In this document: positions 15,546 to 24,575 of the stretch, one piece after another
Layout of the letters: each line of letters begins with the position of its first letter
Numbering within the stretch: the stretch's first letter is position 1
The notes under the pieces: generated by a model
Seen by the model: the letters and a program-made list of their open reading frames with translations, nothing else
Databases searched by the model: none
Told to the model about the DNA's origin: nothing
Position numbers and translations under genes: made by a program
Origin: Thermoanaerobaculia bacterium
Lineage (GTDB): Bacteria > Acidobacteriota > Thermoanaerobaculia > Multivoradales > UBA5704
Assembly: GCA_044226625.1 (NCBI GenBank)
Contig: JBGAGQ010000060.1
Location: 1-39,393, forward strand
Length of the DNA: 39,393 bases
Reading direction: 5' to 3'

Positions 15546-17426
15546 ATGACCCAGCTTCCTTCCGTTCGCGCCGAGTTCCTCACCCGGATCGACACCGGCT
15601 CGACCCTCGCGGACCTTCCGGGATACGAGGCCGCGCTCGAGATGTCCGAGCGGGCGAAACGAGCGGGCGATTTCTTTCACTCGAACCGCGATTCGCCGGG
15701 CCTCCTGCTGACCGAGCAAGGGCGGTTTCGCACGGTCCTCTCTCGGCGCTACTACCACGAGATCGTCGGCCAGTACTGCGGCATGGACCTTTATCACCCG
15801 CGCCCGCTGCGGTTCATGATGGAGAGAATGGAAGCGCTCGGAGGGGCGCTCTGCCTCGGGGGCGAGACGCCGATCGAGCTCGCGGTGCGCCACGGCCTGG
15901 AGCGGCCGAGGGCTTTGGTCTACGAGCCGCTGGTCGTGGACCTGTCGAGCGATCCGGCATCGGGACAGGCATCCGGACCAGCAACTGGAAAAGTCCGGCT
16001 CGTCGATTTCGAAGATCTTTTGGCCGCCGACGCTCGCGTGACGCTGCTACGCGGCGAACAAATGAAACAGATCCTCGCCACCGTGCGCGAGGGGCTGCTC
16101 CTGGTCGATCGCGACCTGCGCATCGGCCTGGAATACGCCGGATCGGTCGAGGCGATCTTGGAGACGCGCGGGCTTGCCGGACGATCGCTTCCGGAGGTTC
16201 TTTCCGCCTGCCTCGACGCCGAGCGGGCCCAACTCGCGACGGAGTACCTCGACCTCCTGTTCAACCCGCGAGTGATCGAGAGCCTGATCGCGAAGATCAA
16301 TCCTCTCCTTCGAGTGACGGGATATTTCAGCGGAGGCCGCCGCAAGGTGCTCGCCTTCCGGTTCGTGCGCGGAGTCGTCGGGCATCGGATCCGTCACGTC
16401 CTGGTGCGGATCGAGGACCTGACCCGCGAAGACGAGCTCGCCCGCGAATTGGAAGGGCATCGTCGACGCGGCGAGCAACAGATGGAGCTGGCGGTCGCCG
16501 CGATGCAAACCGATCCGGAGGCTCTGGTGGGCCTGCTGGACCGTCTGAACCCACAGGTCTTCCAGGTCGAAGCCGTTCTGCAACGGCCCCCCGGTTGGGC
16601 GACGACCGGCGCGCTCGGCCCGCTCTTGCGTGAGCTGCACGGGGCCAAGGGCGAGGCGGGGATCTTGGGATTCGCGCCCTTGGTGCGCGAGATCCACCTG
16701 CTCGAGAGCGCCCTTGCGGCCTACCAGGAAGGCGCGGGAGAGGAGACCGCACGGGGATTGCGCGAGAGGGTCTCGACCGTCCAATCGGTCCTGTCGGCGA
16801 CCCGGTCGGTGCTCGAACAGCTCGCCCGGTTCGGCCGCGCTCTCGATCGCGAGCCGGCGGAGCACTGGCCGGCGTCGCTCCAAACCGCTCTCGAACGCTG
16901 GGTGGCGAAACTGGCGGTCGAGCTGAACAAGCCGGCGCGTTTCCTCTGGCGTTTGGAAGGGGTCGAGCTTCCCGAGAGCCATGTCACGCTCCTCCGGGAA
17001 ACGCTCGCGCAGCTCGTCCGGAATTCATTGGTCCACGGTGTCGAACCGGCGGAAGTCCGCCGCGAGCGTGGCAAGCCGCCCGTGGCGACGCTTCAGCTCG
17101 CGGCTCGCCGACGGCCGGACGCCGAATCGGTCGACCTGATCTTTCAAGATGACGGCGGCGGCCTCGACCTCCCCGCCCTGCGGGCGAAGGCGGAACGGCT
17201 CGGCCTGGACGCGGCCTGCGACGAAGATCTGCGGCGTCTGATCTTTCGACCGGGATTCTCGACCGCGGCCGCGGTCGACCTGCACGCCGGCCGTGGGGTG
17301 GGCCTCGACCTCGTCCGCGAGCGGATCGAGGCGACGGGGGGCCGGATCGAAGTGCACAGCGAGGCGGGGCGCTACTGCGCGTTCCGGATCCGGCTGCCTT
17401 GGAACATCGCGGAGACCCCGCAATGA
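15546..17426 (+). CDS. CheA-like histidine kinase (unknown N-domain, PAS-like, Hpt, HATPase; no CheW domain)
   Basis: ILATVREGLLLVD (PAS-like), RELHGAKGEAG (Hpt His), QLVRNSLVHG, DDGGG, GFSTA, GRGVGL; the protein ends right after the HATPase. Start 15546 or 15489. Confidence 0.88.
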   Translation: MTQLPSVRAEFLTRIDTGSTLADLPGYEAALEMSERAKRAGDFFHSNRDSPGLLLTEQGRFRTVLSRRYYHEIVGQYCGMDLYHPRPLRFMMERMEALGGALCLGGETPIELAVRHGLERPRALVYEPLVVDLSSDPASGQASGPATGKVRLVDFEDLLAADARVTLLRGEQMKQILATVREGLLLVDRDLRIGLEYAGSVEAILETRGLAGRSLPEVLSACLDAERAQLATEYLDLLFNPRVIESLIAKINPLLRVTGYFSGGRRKVLAFRFVRGVVGHRIRHVLVRIEDLTREDELARELEGHRRRGEQQMELAVAAMQTDPEALVGLLDRLNPQVFQVEAVLQRPPGWATTGALGPLLRELHGAKGEAGILGFAPLVREIHLLESALAAYQEGAGEETARGLRERVSTVQSVLSATRSVLEQLARFGRALDREPAEHWPASLQTALERWVAKLAVELNKPARFLWRLEGVELPESHVTLLRETLAQLVRNSLVHGVEPAEVRRERGKPPVATLQLAARRRPDAESVDLIFQDDGGGLDLPALRAKAERLGLDAACDEDLRRLIFRPGFSTAAAVDLHAGRGVGLDLVRERIEATGGRIEVHSEAGRYCAFRIRLPWNIAETPQ

Positions 17427-17803
17427 AACTCTTGGTGGTGGACGACTCCCTGGTGGTGAGGAACGCGATCACCCGAAGCGGCCTGGCCGCCCGCGAGGTG
17501 AGTGAGGTGCTTCGCGCCGAAGACGGCCGCGAGGCGGTCGCGATGTTCGCGGCGCACCGACCCGAGCTGGTCACGATGGACCTCACGATGCCCCGCCTAG
17601 ACGGGCTGGCGGCGATCACCGCGATCCGCTCGCTCGATGCGGAGGTCTCCATCCTGGTGATCTCCGCCCTCAACAGCCACGCGGTCGCGCTCGAGGCCAT
17701 CCGGCGCGGCGCCTGTGGCTTCCTGACGAAACCGTTCACGGAGAGCGAGATCGTCGAAGCTCTCGAGGAGCTGGTCGCCCATGCCCGCCTCCGAGTCGAT
17801 TGA
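17423..17803 (+). CDS. Single-domain CheY-like response regulator
   Basis: ATGA overlap with the kinase; LVVDDS, TMDLTMP..DG, ISA, LTKPF all intact. Confidence 0.92.
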   Translation: MKLLVVDDSLVVRNAITRSGLAAREVSEVLRAEDGREAVAMFAAHRPELVTMDLTMPRLDGLAAITAIRSLDAEVSILVISALNSHAVALEAIRRGACGFLTKPFTESEIVEALEELVAHARLRVD

Positions 17804-18509
17804 ACGGCCGGCCGCGCAAGCGAAAGGCGCCGCTTCCGGCCCGATCCTAGGACGGATCCTGCTCGTCGAAGCCGATCCGCTGCTGCGCGAGATCCTCGCC
17901 TCGGGCCTCGAGCTGCACAATCGGCGCTATCGGACGACCGCGGTGGACGAAGCGCTCGCGGCCTACGGCGCTCTCGCGGCGCGGGAGCACGACCTGGTGA
18001 TCGTGGGTTTGGAATCTCCGCCGGCCGCGAACCTGCTCCGCTTTCTGGAGGTGCTGCGGGAGGTCTTTCCGTCGGTCCCGGTGCTCCTGGTCGCCGACGA
18101 GGCGAGCGGCGTGGACGCGTCGGCCTACGACGCTTTCGCCCGGCGTCCTCCCGAGATCGACGAGCTGCTGGTCCAGGCCGATCGATTGGTGCGCCGAAGC
18201 CGCCAGAGCGTGGTCCGCGGCATCTCGCTCGCGAGCCTCCTGCAGGTGATCGAGCTCGAACGCAAGACCTGTACCTTGCGCGTGAGCGGCGGCGAGGACC
18301 ACGGCCGGATCGGCGTCCGCGGGGGCGAGCTGGTGCATGCCCAGGTCGGCGCCCTGACCGGAAAGGACGCGTTGTTCACCATCCTCGGCTGGGACGCCCC
18401 GGGCATCTCCCTCGAAGAGAGCTGCGACGAAGTGACGTCGCTTTCCGGCGGCGCGCAGAAGATCCTGCTCGAGTTCTACGTCCGCGAGGACCATCAACGC
18501 CGCTCCTAG
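17781..18509 (+). CDS. Degenerate receiver domain plus DUF4388 domain protein
   Basis: ILLVEADP...DLVIVGLES (phospho-acceptor Asp replaced by Gly). C-terminal GISLASLLQVIELERKTCTLRV...GRIGVRGGELVHA...GKDALFTILGW. Confidence 0.85.
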   Translation: MPASESIERPAAQAKGAASGPILGRILLVEADPLLREILASGLELHNRRYRTTAVDEALAAYGALAAREHDLVIVGLESPPAANLLRFLEVLREVFPSVPVLLVADEASGVDASAYDAFARRPPEIDELLVQADRLVRRSRQSVVRGISLASLLQVIELERKTCTLRVSGGEDHGRIGVRGGELVHAQVGALTGKDALFTILGWDAPGISLEESCDEVTSLSGGAQKILLEFYVREDHQRRS

Positions 18510-18534
18510 CGGCGACACGGGAGACGTTCCGCTC

Positions 18535-18999
18535 ATGGATTCGCGGCAGCTCCAGCTGTTCAGGAAAATCACCGTGGACTACTTCTCCAAGCTCTCGCCG
18601 GACGACGAGGCGGTGCTCGAACGTCCCTATTTGCAGTTCGGCGAGCCGGCGCTTCTCGACTACGCGAGCCTGGTTCGCATCCACGGCGAACAGGAGGGCT
18701 GCCTCTACCTGACTTCGCCGATCCCACTGCTCCGTCGCCTGCTCGAGATCCACGGCGAGTCCGAGGTGAGCGAACGGACGTTGCGCGACATGTGCCGCGA
18801 GCTTTCCAACGTCCTCGCCGGCAACGCGAGCGAGGCGTTCGAGGGAGGCTGGGAGATCTCCGTGCCGCGCTCGCTCGGACCCGGAGAGCTGGGCGGCCTG
18901 CACCTGCCGCCATCGGCGTTCGTCATGCCGTTCCGCTGGAGCGGCGCCACGGCGTATCTGGTCGTCGGCCTCGAGCCCGGGGAGGAGGCCAAGCCATGA
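18535..18999 (+). CDS. cheX: CheX-family CheY-P phosphatase
   Basis: 154 aa; IHGEQEGCLYL, DMCRELSNVLAGN (E-x2-N), ISVP. Confidence 0.85.
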   Translation: MDSRQLQLFRKITVDYFSKLSPDDEAVLERPYLQFGEPALLDYASLVRIHGEQEGCLYLTSPIPLLRRLLEIHGESEVSERTLRDMCRELSNVLAGNASEAFEGGWEISVPRSLGPGELGGLHLPPSAFVMPFRWSGATAYLVVGLEPGEEAKP

Positions 19000-19718
19000 A
19001 GGGCGCGCCGTGGGCGGCGGCGGTCTTCGAGCGGGCGGTCCCCCTCGATCGCCTGCCGGCCGACCTTCGTCTTCGCAGCCTCGAGTGGGGGATTTTCTTC
19101 GCCGTCACCGGCCGGCATTCCGTGGCTCGGGTCGGAGACGGCCTGGGGGTGTCCTCGCCAGAGCGGGATGCGGCCTTCGCGCGGCTGACCGAGCTCGGCC
19201 TGCTCGCCGAACGCTCCCTGACCGCCGGGGAATACCTCCGCGTGGCGGCCGCCGGCGGAGAGGCTCCCCGCCCGTTGGAAGCCTTCCTGACCGCCAGCCT
19301 GGAAGGCCTCCTGGATTCGCCCCAGGGTTCGCCGCCGCGGAGCGAGGTGACCGACGACGCGCTCGCACCCGACCCCAGCCCGGACGATTTCGAGCCGCTT
19401 CCCATCCCCGAACCGGAGATCGCCATGCCGCAACCGAGCGTAAGCCCCGTTTCCCCAAAACTCTTCGCGCCGCTCAGCCTGCGCGCCGTCCTGCGTTTCG
19501 TCGTCGACCAAGCCCGGGACGCGGACGCCGGCCAGCTCGACGTCTATCGCGCCTTCGTGCGCCTCGATCCAAACCTGTTGAAGCGCAACGGCATCACGAC
19601 GCTCCGCTTCGAGGAAGATCGCCTGCTCACCGATCCGGACTTGAAGAAGGCCCTGCTCGAGAGCGTCGAACAGGTGGTCGGCCGGCCCTGTCCGCCGGAG
19701 GTCTTCGTCGCTAGTTGA
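18996..19718 (+). CDS. Hypothetical protein with an N-terminal winged-helix-like segment (240 aa)
   Basis: GGAGG RBS and ATGA overlap with cheX; LRSLEWGIFFAVTGRHSVARV...FARLTELGLL, Pro-rich linker, compact C-terminal domain. Confidence 0.8.
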   Translation: MKGAPWAAAVFERAVPLDRLPADLRLRSLEWGIFFAVTGRHSVARVGDGLGVSSPERDAAFARLTELGLLAERSLTAGEYLRVAAAGGEAPRPLEAFLTASLEGLLDSPQGSPPRSEVTDDALAPDPSPDDFEPLPIPEPEIAMPQPSVSPVSPKLFAPLSLRAVLRFVVDQARDADAGQLDVYRAFVRLDPNLLKRNGITTLRFEEDRLLTDPDLKKALLESVEQVVGRPCPPEVFVAS

Positions 19719-19719
19719 A

Positions 19720-20181
19720 GCCCGGCGGCGAGCAGCCGCCCGACGTCGCGCAGGGACTTGTTGTCGAGTCGGTCGCTACCGCTCTCGAATCGAAAGACGA
19801 GCGGCAGCCGGGTCGCTTGACGGGTCAAGCGCTGATATTCGGCCGGGATCTCGCCCGGAAGGGGTGAAGCCGCCTCTAGGACCGGGTCGCGCAGAGATTG
19901 GCCGACGAACCCTACGGCATCGACCACCGACTGGCCTTCATCGGAGAGGGCGAACCGTACGAACTTGCCCGGGAGTAGATGTGGACGGGCCCGCTCGGTC
20001 CACCGAGATCCGCCCAATTGGAGATCCGACCGGAGAACAGGCCTTCGACCTGGTCGAGCGTCAGCGATTCCAAGGGGTTCGCGCGCGAAACGACGATCGC
20101 CACGCCGTCGGGGCCGAGCACGTGCTCCGCCGCGACCGAGGTCATGTCGCCCAAGCCGGCGAGGCGAACCGCCGCCTCGGA
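19720..20181 (-). pseudogene. Remnant of a phosphate-binding (PstS-like PBP)-OmpA fusion gene
   Basis: One frame gives LGDMTSVAAEHVLGPDGVAIVVSRANPLESLTLDQVEGLFSGRISNWADLGG...IYSR. Near 19970 the match jumps frame to KFVRFALSDEGQSVVDAVGFV...FRFESGSDRLDNKSLRDVGRL. The middle and both ends are missing. Confidence 0.8.
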
Positions 20182-20202
20182 CCCCCGTGGCGGCGGCGCG
20201 CG

Positions 20203-22209
20203 TCATCTCTTGGAGCGCTGAAGGGAGGTGCCGGTCGCGTCCGGAAGGGTCAGGCCGAGGACGTCCGCCAGCGTCGGGGCGAGGTCGTAGGGCGTGCATC
20301 GTTCTGAGCCGATCCCCGGACGGAAGGAAGAGCCCCAGAAGACGAGGGGCACGTGGGTGTCGTACTCGAATTGCGATCCGTGGCCGGAACCGCGAGCGGG
20401 GTCCCAATGCATCAGGACGTTCTCTCGAGGGATCAGGAACGCGTCGCCGGACCGCGCGGCGTCCCAATCGTTGCGGGCGAAAGCGACGGCCGGATCGTCT
20501 GCCGACCACCGTTCTCTCTGCGAGGCCAAGAGCACCTCTTCGATCTCTTCGCCGAACAGTTGGCGCACGACGCTCGGGAAGACCCGATCGAGGTCCTCGA
20601 CCGTCACCGGCCGGCCGGCCGGACCGCACGCTCCGTCGACCGAGATCTTGGGAAACGCCGGCCGGTCATAGGCGACGATCCAACCTTCCGAGCCGTAGAT
20701 CGGCTGACTTCCCGGCGCGAGGCAGAGCTCTTCCGAAAGGCCCCGGTTGAGGCGCTCCTGGAAGCTCGGAAACGCGCTTTCGGGCGTCGAGTCGCTCATC
20801 AGGCGCCCGCCGAAACGTCGTCCGTCGCGACGACGCGCGACCTCCGGCAACGGCGCGAAGCCGTGGTCGGCGGAGAGCGCGAGGACCACCCCGCCCGCGG
20901 GAGCCTCGGATGCCAAGGCGTCGAGCGCCGCCAGGAGACGACCCAGCTGCCGGTCCAGACGGCGCAGGGCGTCCAGCTCTTCGGCCGACTCGTTGCCATA
21001 GGCGTGCGAGACCACGTCGTGAGCGGAGAAGGAAAGGGCCAAGAGGTCCGGCACGCCGCGACGTCCCAACTTGAGCGCGGAGTCGGCGAGCGCCGAGAGG
21101 GCGAGGTCGGCCAGCAGCTGGTCCTGGTATGGGCTGTCGTAGATGCCGCCGAAATAGCCGCGGGGATCCCCGGTCAGATCGTGGTCGAAGCCGATGCCTA
21201 GATCGGGGGACTGATACTTCCCCAGGTTGGGCTCGGGACCCGGCAGGGATGCCGCGCCCTCTGGATCGGCCAGCGGCTGCCACGTCAGCCCGAATCGGCC
21301 CGGCAGCATCGCTCCCGCGCTCGACGCGTTGAACTTTCGAACGAGGTCTCGGACCGCGCTGCCCCAAAGACCGTCTTGGTCGAAGGCGCTCGAGCTGACG
21401 AAGCGTCCCGCGTCCCGGTCGTACCACCAGACGGCATGGCGGGGATCTTTGCCGGCCAGGAAGATCGCGCCGCGATCCTTGCCCGAGAACGAGACGACCC
21501 GCGATTCCGGGCTCGCCTCGACCAGCCGGTCGCCCAGCGTGACGACGCGCAGATTGGCGGGGCCGGCCACCGTGCCGGACGGCCAAAGCGCCGGCTCGGG
21601 AAGTCCGTGACGCATGGCGTAGAGGGCGACCGCGTCGTCGCTGTCGAACACCAGCGTTTCGCCGGCCGGCCCTTCGCCGATCCGGGTCGTCGCCTGGTTG
21701 CCGATCTCGCCCGAGAGCTGCCAGAGCTCGAGGGCGCGCTGCCGGGCGAAGACGTAGATCCGTCCGTCGCTCGGGATCTCGCGGAGAAACAGCGGCGGCT
21801 GTCCGGGAACCCGCCCCGGATCGGGTTGGTCGGTGCAGTAGAGGCGCCGCAAGCCCTGGCCGTTCGGATTCGCCTCGAACCAGCGATTGGCCACGATGCC
21901 GTGAACCCTCGGCGGCGCTCCGGTGCTCAGGCTCGCGTGGCCGGGGCCGGTTTCCGTGTTCAGGTGCTCATAGCGACATTCGGTCTCGACCTGGCCCTCC
22001 GACAGGAGACGGCCTAGCCCACCGTTCAGCCATCCTCGATAGGCGTCGAGTCGTGACCAGGAGAGTCCGTCGACGACCACCACGACGGCCAGCTTGACCG
22101 GCGGACGGGAAGGGGCCGATGCCCCCGCCGCGGGCGAGGTACCCCAAACGAGACAGCCAGCGAGCACAACAAGGACGCATCGGACACCGCGAAGAGTTGT
22201 CATCGACAT
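20203..22209 (-). CDS. Secreted alkaline phosphatase-superfamily enzyme, PafA-type
   Basis: Signal peptide; VVVDG, TETGPGHASLSTG (Thr nucleophile), HGIVANRW, KDRGA, HDVVSH, SADHG, GHGS...DTHVP. Confidence 0.9.
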   Translation of the reverse strand: MSMTTLRGVRCVLVVLAGCLVWGTSPAAGASAPSRPPVKLAVVVVVDGLSWSRLDAYRGWLNGGLGRLLSEGQVETECRYEHLNTETGPGHASLSTGAPPRVHGIVANRWFEANPNGQGLRRLYCTDQPDPGRVPGQPPLFLREIPSDGRIYVFARQRALELWQLSGEIGNQATTRIGEGPAGETLVFDSDDAVALYAMRHGLPEPALWPSGTVAGPANLRVVTLGDRLVEASPESRVVSFSGKDRGAIFLAGKDPRHAVWWYDRDAGRFVSSSAFDQDGLWGSAVRDLVRKFNASSAGAMLPGRFGLTWQPLADPEGAASLPGPEPNLGKYQSPDLGIGFDHDLTGDPRGYFGGIYDSPYQDQLLADLALSALADSALKLGRRGVPDLLALSFSAHDVVSHAYGNESAEELDALRRLDRQLGRLLAALDALASEAPAGGVVLALSADHGFAPLPEVARRRDGRRFGGRLMSDSTPESAFPSFQERLNRGLSEELCLAPGSQPIYGSEGWIVAYDRPAFPKISVDGACGPAGRPVTVEDLDRVFPSVVRQLFGEEIEEVLLASQRERWSADDPAVAFARNDWDAARSGDAFLIPRENVLMHWDPARGSGHGSQFEYDTHVPLVFWGSSFRPGIGSERCTPYDLAPTLADVLGLTLPDATGTSLQRSKR

Positions 22210-22497
22210 GATCGCGGAACCTACGCGTCCGTCTCGGCGGCAAGGCGGCGGTCTTGTGACCACGAGGTGTCGAACGCCCGGCGTCGACGGTGCGCTGGAC
22301 AGGTACCGCCAGGGCCTTCCTCAGAAGATCTCGACGCCCGAGGACGGTTGCGCGCCACTCGGTCGACTCGGGGTGGACGTTACGATTGAGTGAAATCTTC
22401 GGCCGCGCCGTCCTCGGCGCAAGGATTCCAGCTAGATTTTCATGATGCCTCTTCGGAAAGCTCCCCGGCCCTTCATCCTCCCTGCGAACTCCGAGGC

Positions 22498-23163
22498 ATG
22501 ACCTCTCTCCCCGTAGGACGGCGCGCGCTCGCCGAGCTCATCGGGACCTTCGCGCTGGTGACGGCAGGGTGCGGTGCGATCGTGGTCAATCAATCGACCG
22601 GCGCCCTGGGACATGTCGGCGTAGCCGCCAGCTTCGGCCTCGTGATCATGGTCATGATCGCCGCCCTCGGGCACCTATCCGGCGCACACTTCAACCCGGC
22701 GGTCACGGTCGCCTTTGCCCTGACCCGGCACTTCCATTGGCGTGACGTGCCGTTGTACCTGTCGGCGCAAATCGCCGGCGCCACGCTCGGAGCCTGGATG
22801 CTTCGGGTGGCGTTCGGCAAAGCGACGGGGCTCGGTGCCACCTTACCCTCGGGAGGCGCGCTCCAGGCGCTCGGCATCGAGATCCTCTTGAGCGCCGTTC
22901 TGATGTTCGTGATCGTTTCCGTGGCCACCGACACCCGGGCGGTCGGTCACCTCGCGGCGATCGCGATCGGCGGAACGGTCGCTCTCGACGCGCTCTGGGG
23001 CGGCCCGGTCACCGGCGCTTCGATGAACCCGGCCCGCTCTTTCGGCCCCGCTCTCGCCGCCGGGCTCTGGCGAGCCCATTGGGTCTATTGGCTCGGTCCG
23101 ATGGTGGGAACCGTTCTGGGTGCCGCCCTCTACCAATTCCTACGGACGGAGTCGGAATTCTAG
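22498..23163 (+). CDS. MIP family channel (aquaporin/aquaglyceroporin)
   Basis: AELIGTFALV, SGAHFNPAVT, GASMNPARSFGP, HWVYWLGP; GAGG before ATG 22498. Confidence 0.95.
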   Translation: MTSLPVGRRALAELIGTFALVTAGCGAIVVNQSTGALGHVGVAASFGLVIMVMIAALGHLSGAHFNPAVTVAFALTRHFHWRDVPLYLSAQIAGATLGAWMLRVAFGKATGLGATLPSGGALQALGIEILLSAVLMFVIVSVATDTRAVGHLAAIAIGGTVALDALWGGPVTGASMNPARSFGPALAAGLWRAHWVYWLGPMVGTVLGAALYQFLRTESEF

Positions 23164-23266
23164 GTAGGCCAGGATTCGGCCGGCGGTCCAACGGCGCCTT
23201 TCGGCGGGAGCAGCCGACATGGCGATTCGAGACCGCGGCGAAACTCCCCGGTCGGTTCCGTCGGGC

Positions 23267-23584
23267 TTATGAGCTCGAGCTTCCCAGCGTCCTCAGGATC
23301 GAGAAGGGAAAACGCAATCCGGCGATGTCCCGCTCGCCGATCCGGACGATCGCTTTTCCGCCGGCCGCATCGGCTTCGAGAAGCGCGGTGCTGTTCAGGC
23401 GCAGACCGCCGAGCCCGGACTGATTCTCCGGTAGGAGGCTGCCGTAGAGACCGGTCTGCCCGAGGTGGAAGGTCACCGGAACGGAGTTGGCGCGGTCTCC
23501 TTCTTCCTCGAGACCGACAATGGTTCCGTGATGGGCGGGGGATTTGAGGGCGTCGTCAGCTTCGAACAGCCGTGTCGAGGACAT
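23267..23584 (-). CDS. Hypothetical protein (105 aa)
   Basis: Strong AAGGAGG RBS before ATG 23584; beta-rich composition. Confidence 0.65.
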   Translation of the reverse strand: MSSTRLFEADDALKSPAHHGTIVGLEEEGDRANSVPVTFHLGQTGLYGSLLPENQSGLGGLRLNSTALLEADAAGGKAIVRIGERDIAGLRFPFSILRTLGSSSS

Positions 23585-23789
23585 AGCACAACCTCCTTCC
23601 GGCATGAGGCGAGAGGATGCCCGGTATCGACCTTCACCTCCAACCGGGCTCGGGAGTTCGGCTCCAAACTAACGCGGATCGGCCAGGCTCGAGGTGACGA
23701 TGGTGTGACGACCCAAACGACCCCTGGCGAGCCTCGGTCCAGGGACCCGTTCCGGGTCGCCGAGCCGCCGGACCGGGCATTCTTCGGCT

Positions 23790-24575
23790 TCAGTCCCCTT
23801 CGCCCAGCTCGAGAGCGGAGCACCCGTCCTTCCGGTAATCGGCCGGAACCGGCAGCGGCGAAAGCGAGCCCGGAAGCGGCTCGGCGACGGCGGCCCGCCA
23901 ACGGAGCTTACCTCCGGCACGATCGGACAGGAGCGATCCGTCCTCCCCCGAGATCCAGGTCGCCGCGCTCTTCCCGTTCCGAAGCAGCGTCCAGCGCACG
24001 GGCCTTCCGTCCGCGAGTTTCACCTTCCAACGCTCGCCTTCGGCCCCGTCGAGGTCGATCTCGTCGTCCACCGAATCGCCCGCGGAGCCGACGTTCTCGC
24101 CGCGCGGCCGCACCGGGACGCGTCCGAGCAATAGCTTGGGCAGGTCGGCGAGGTCGATCCGTTCGAGGGGAGCGCCGACCAAGGACAAGGAGCCTTCCAG
24201 GGCACAAGCCGCGCGCGCCCGGTGATCGAGGAACAGCCCCTTGCCGGCCGCGACGTCGAGGCTCCACAACGCACGGCCGAGCGGATCGACGGCCAGGGCC
24301 TGGTAGCGGCCCGCGGATTCGATCTTCAGGGCGAGCCGAAACGACCCCTCGCCGCGGGGGCCGGAATAGGACATCCGGAAGAGGCGCTGGGTGCCGAAGG
24401 ACGACGAGGGAAGCTCCCAGGGGAACCCGGGCGCCGCCTTCTCGGACGGGTGGAGTGTGGCCGGTGCCGACGCGCAGCCGGACCACGGCAAGAACGCGAG
24501 GAACGCGAGGAGCGCCGCGAGGGCGCCGTCAACGACGAGACAGCTCGGAGAGCTTCTTCTTGACCTCGAGGGCAT
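23790..24575 (-). CDS. Lipoprotein, LolB/LolA-fold-like
   Basis: Hydrophobic stretch plus lipobox-like WSG-C; GEGSFRLAL...YQALAVDPLGRALW...LLLGRVP. Follows the TPR gene. Start uncertain. Confidence 0.65.
   Translation of the reverse strand: MPSRSRRSSPSCLVVDGALAALLAFLAFLPWSGCASAPATLHPSEKAAPGFPWELPSSSFGTQRLFRMSYSGPRGEGSFRLALKIESAGRYQALAVDPLGRALWSLDVAAGKGLFLDHRARAACALEGSLSLVGAPLERIDLADLPKLLLGRVPVRPRGENVGSAGDSVDDEIDLDGAEGERWKVKLADGRPVRWTLLRNGKSAATWISGEDGSLLSDRAGGKLRWRAAVAEPLPGSLSPLPVPADYRKDGCSALELGEGD

Noticed and set aside
22498-23163. Aquaporin as part of an arsenic-resistance operon
   Set aside because: No arsR, arsC or other ars gene is adjacent; the substrate cannot be called from this sequence.
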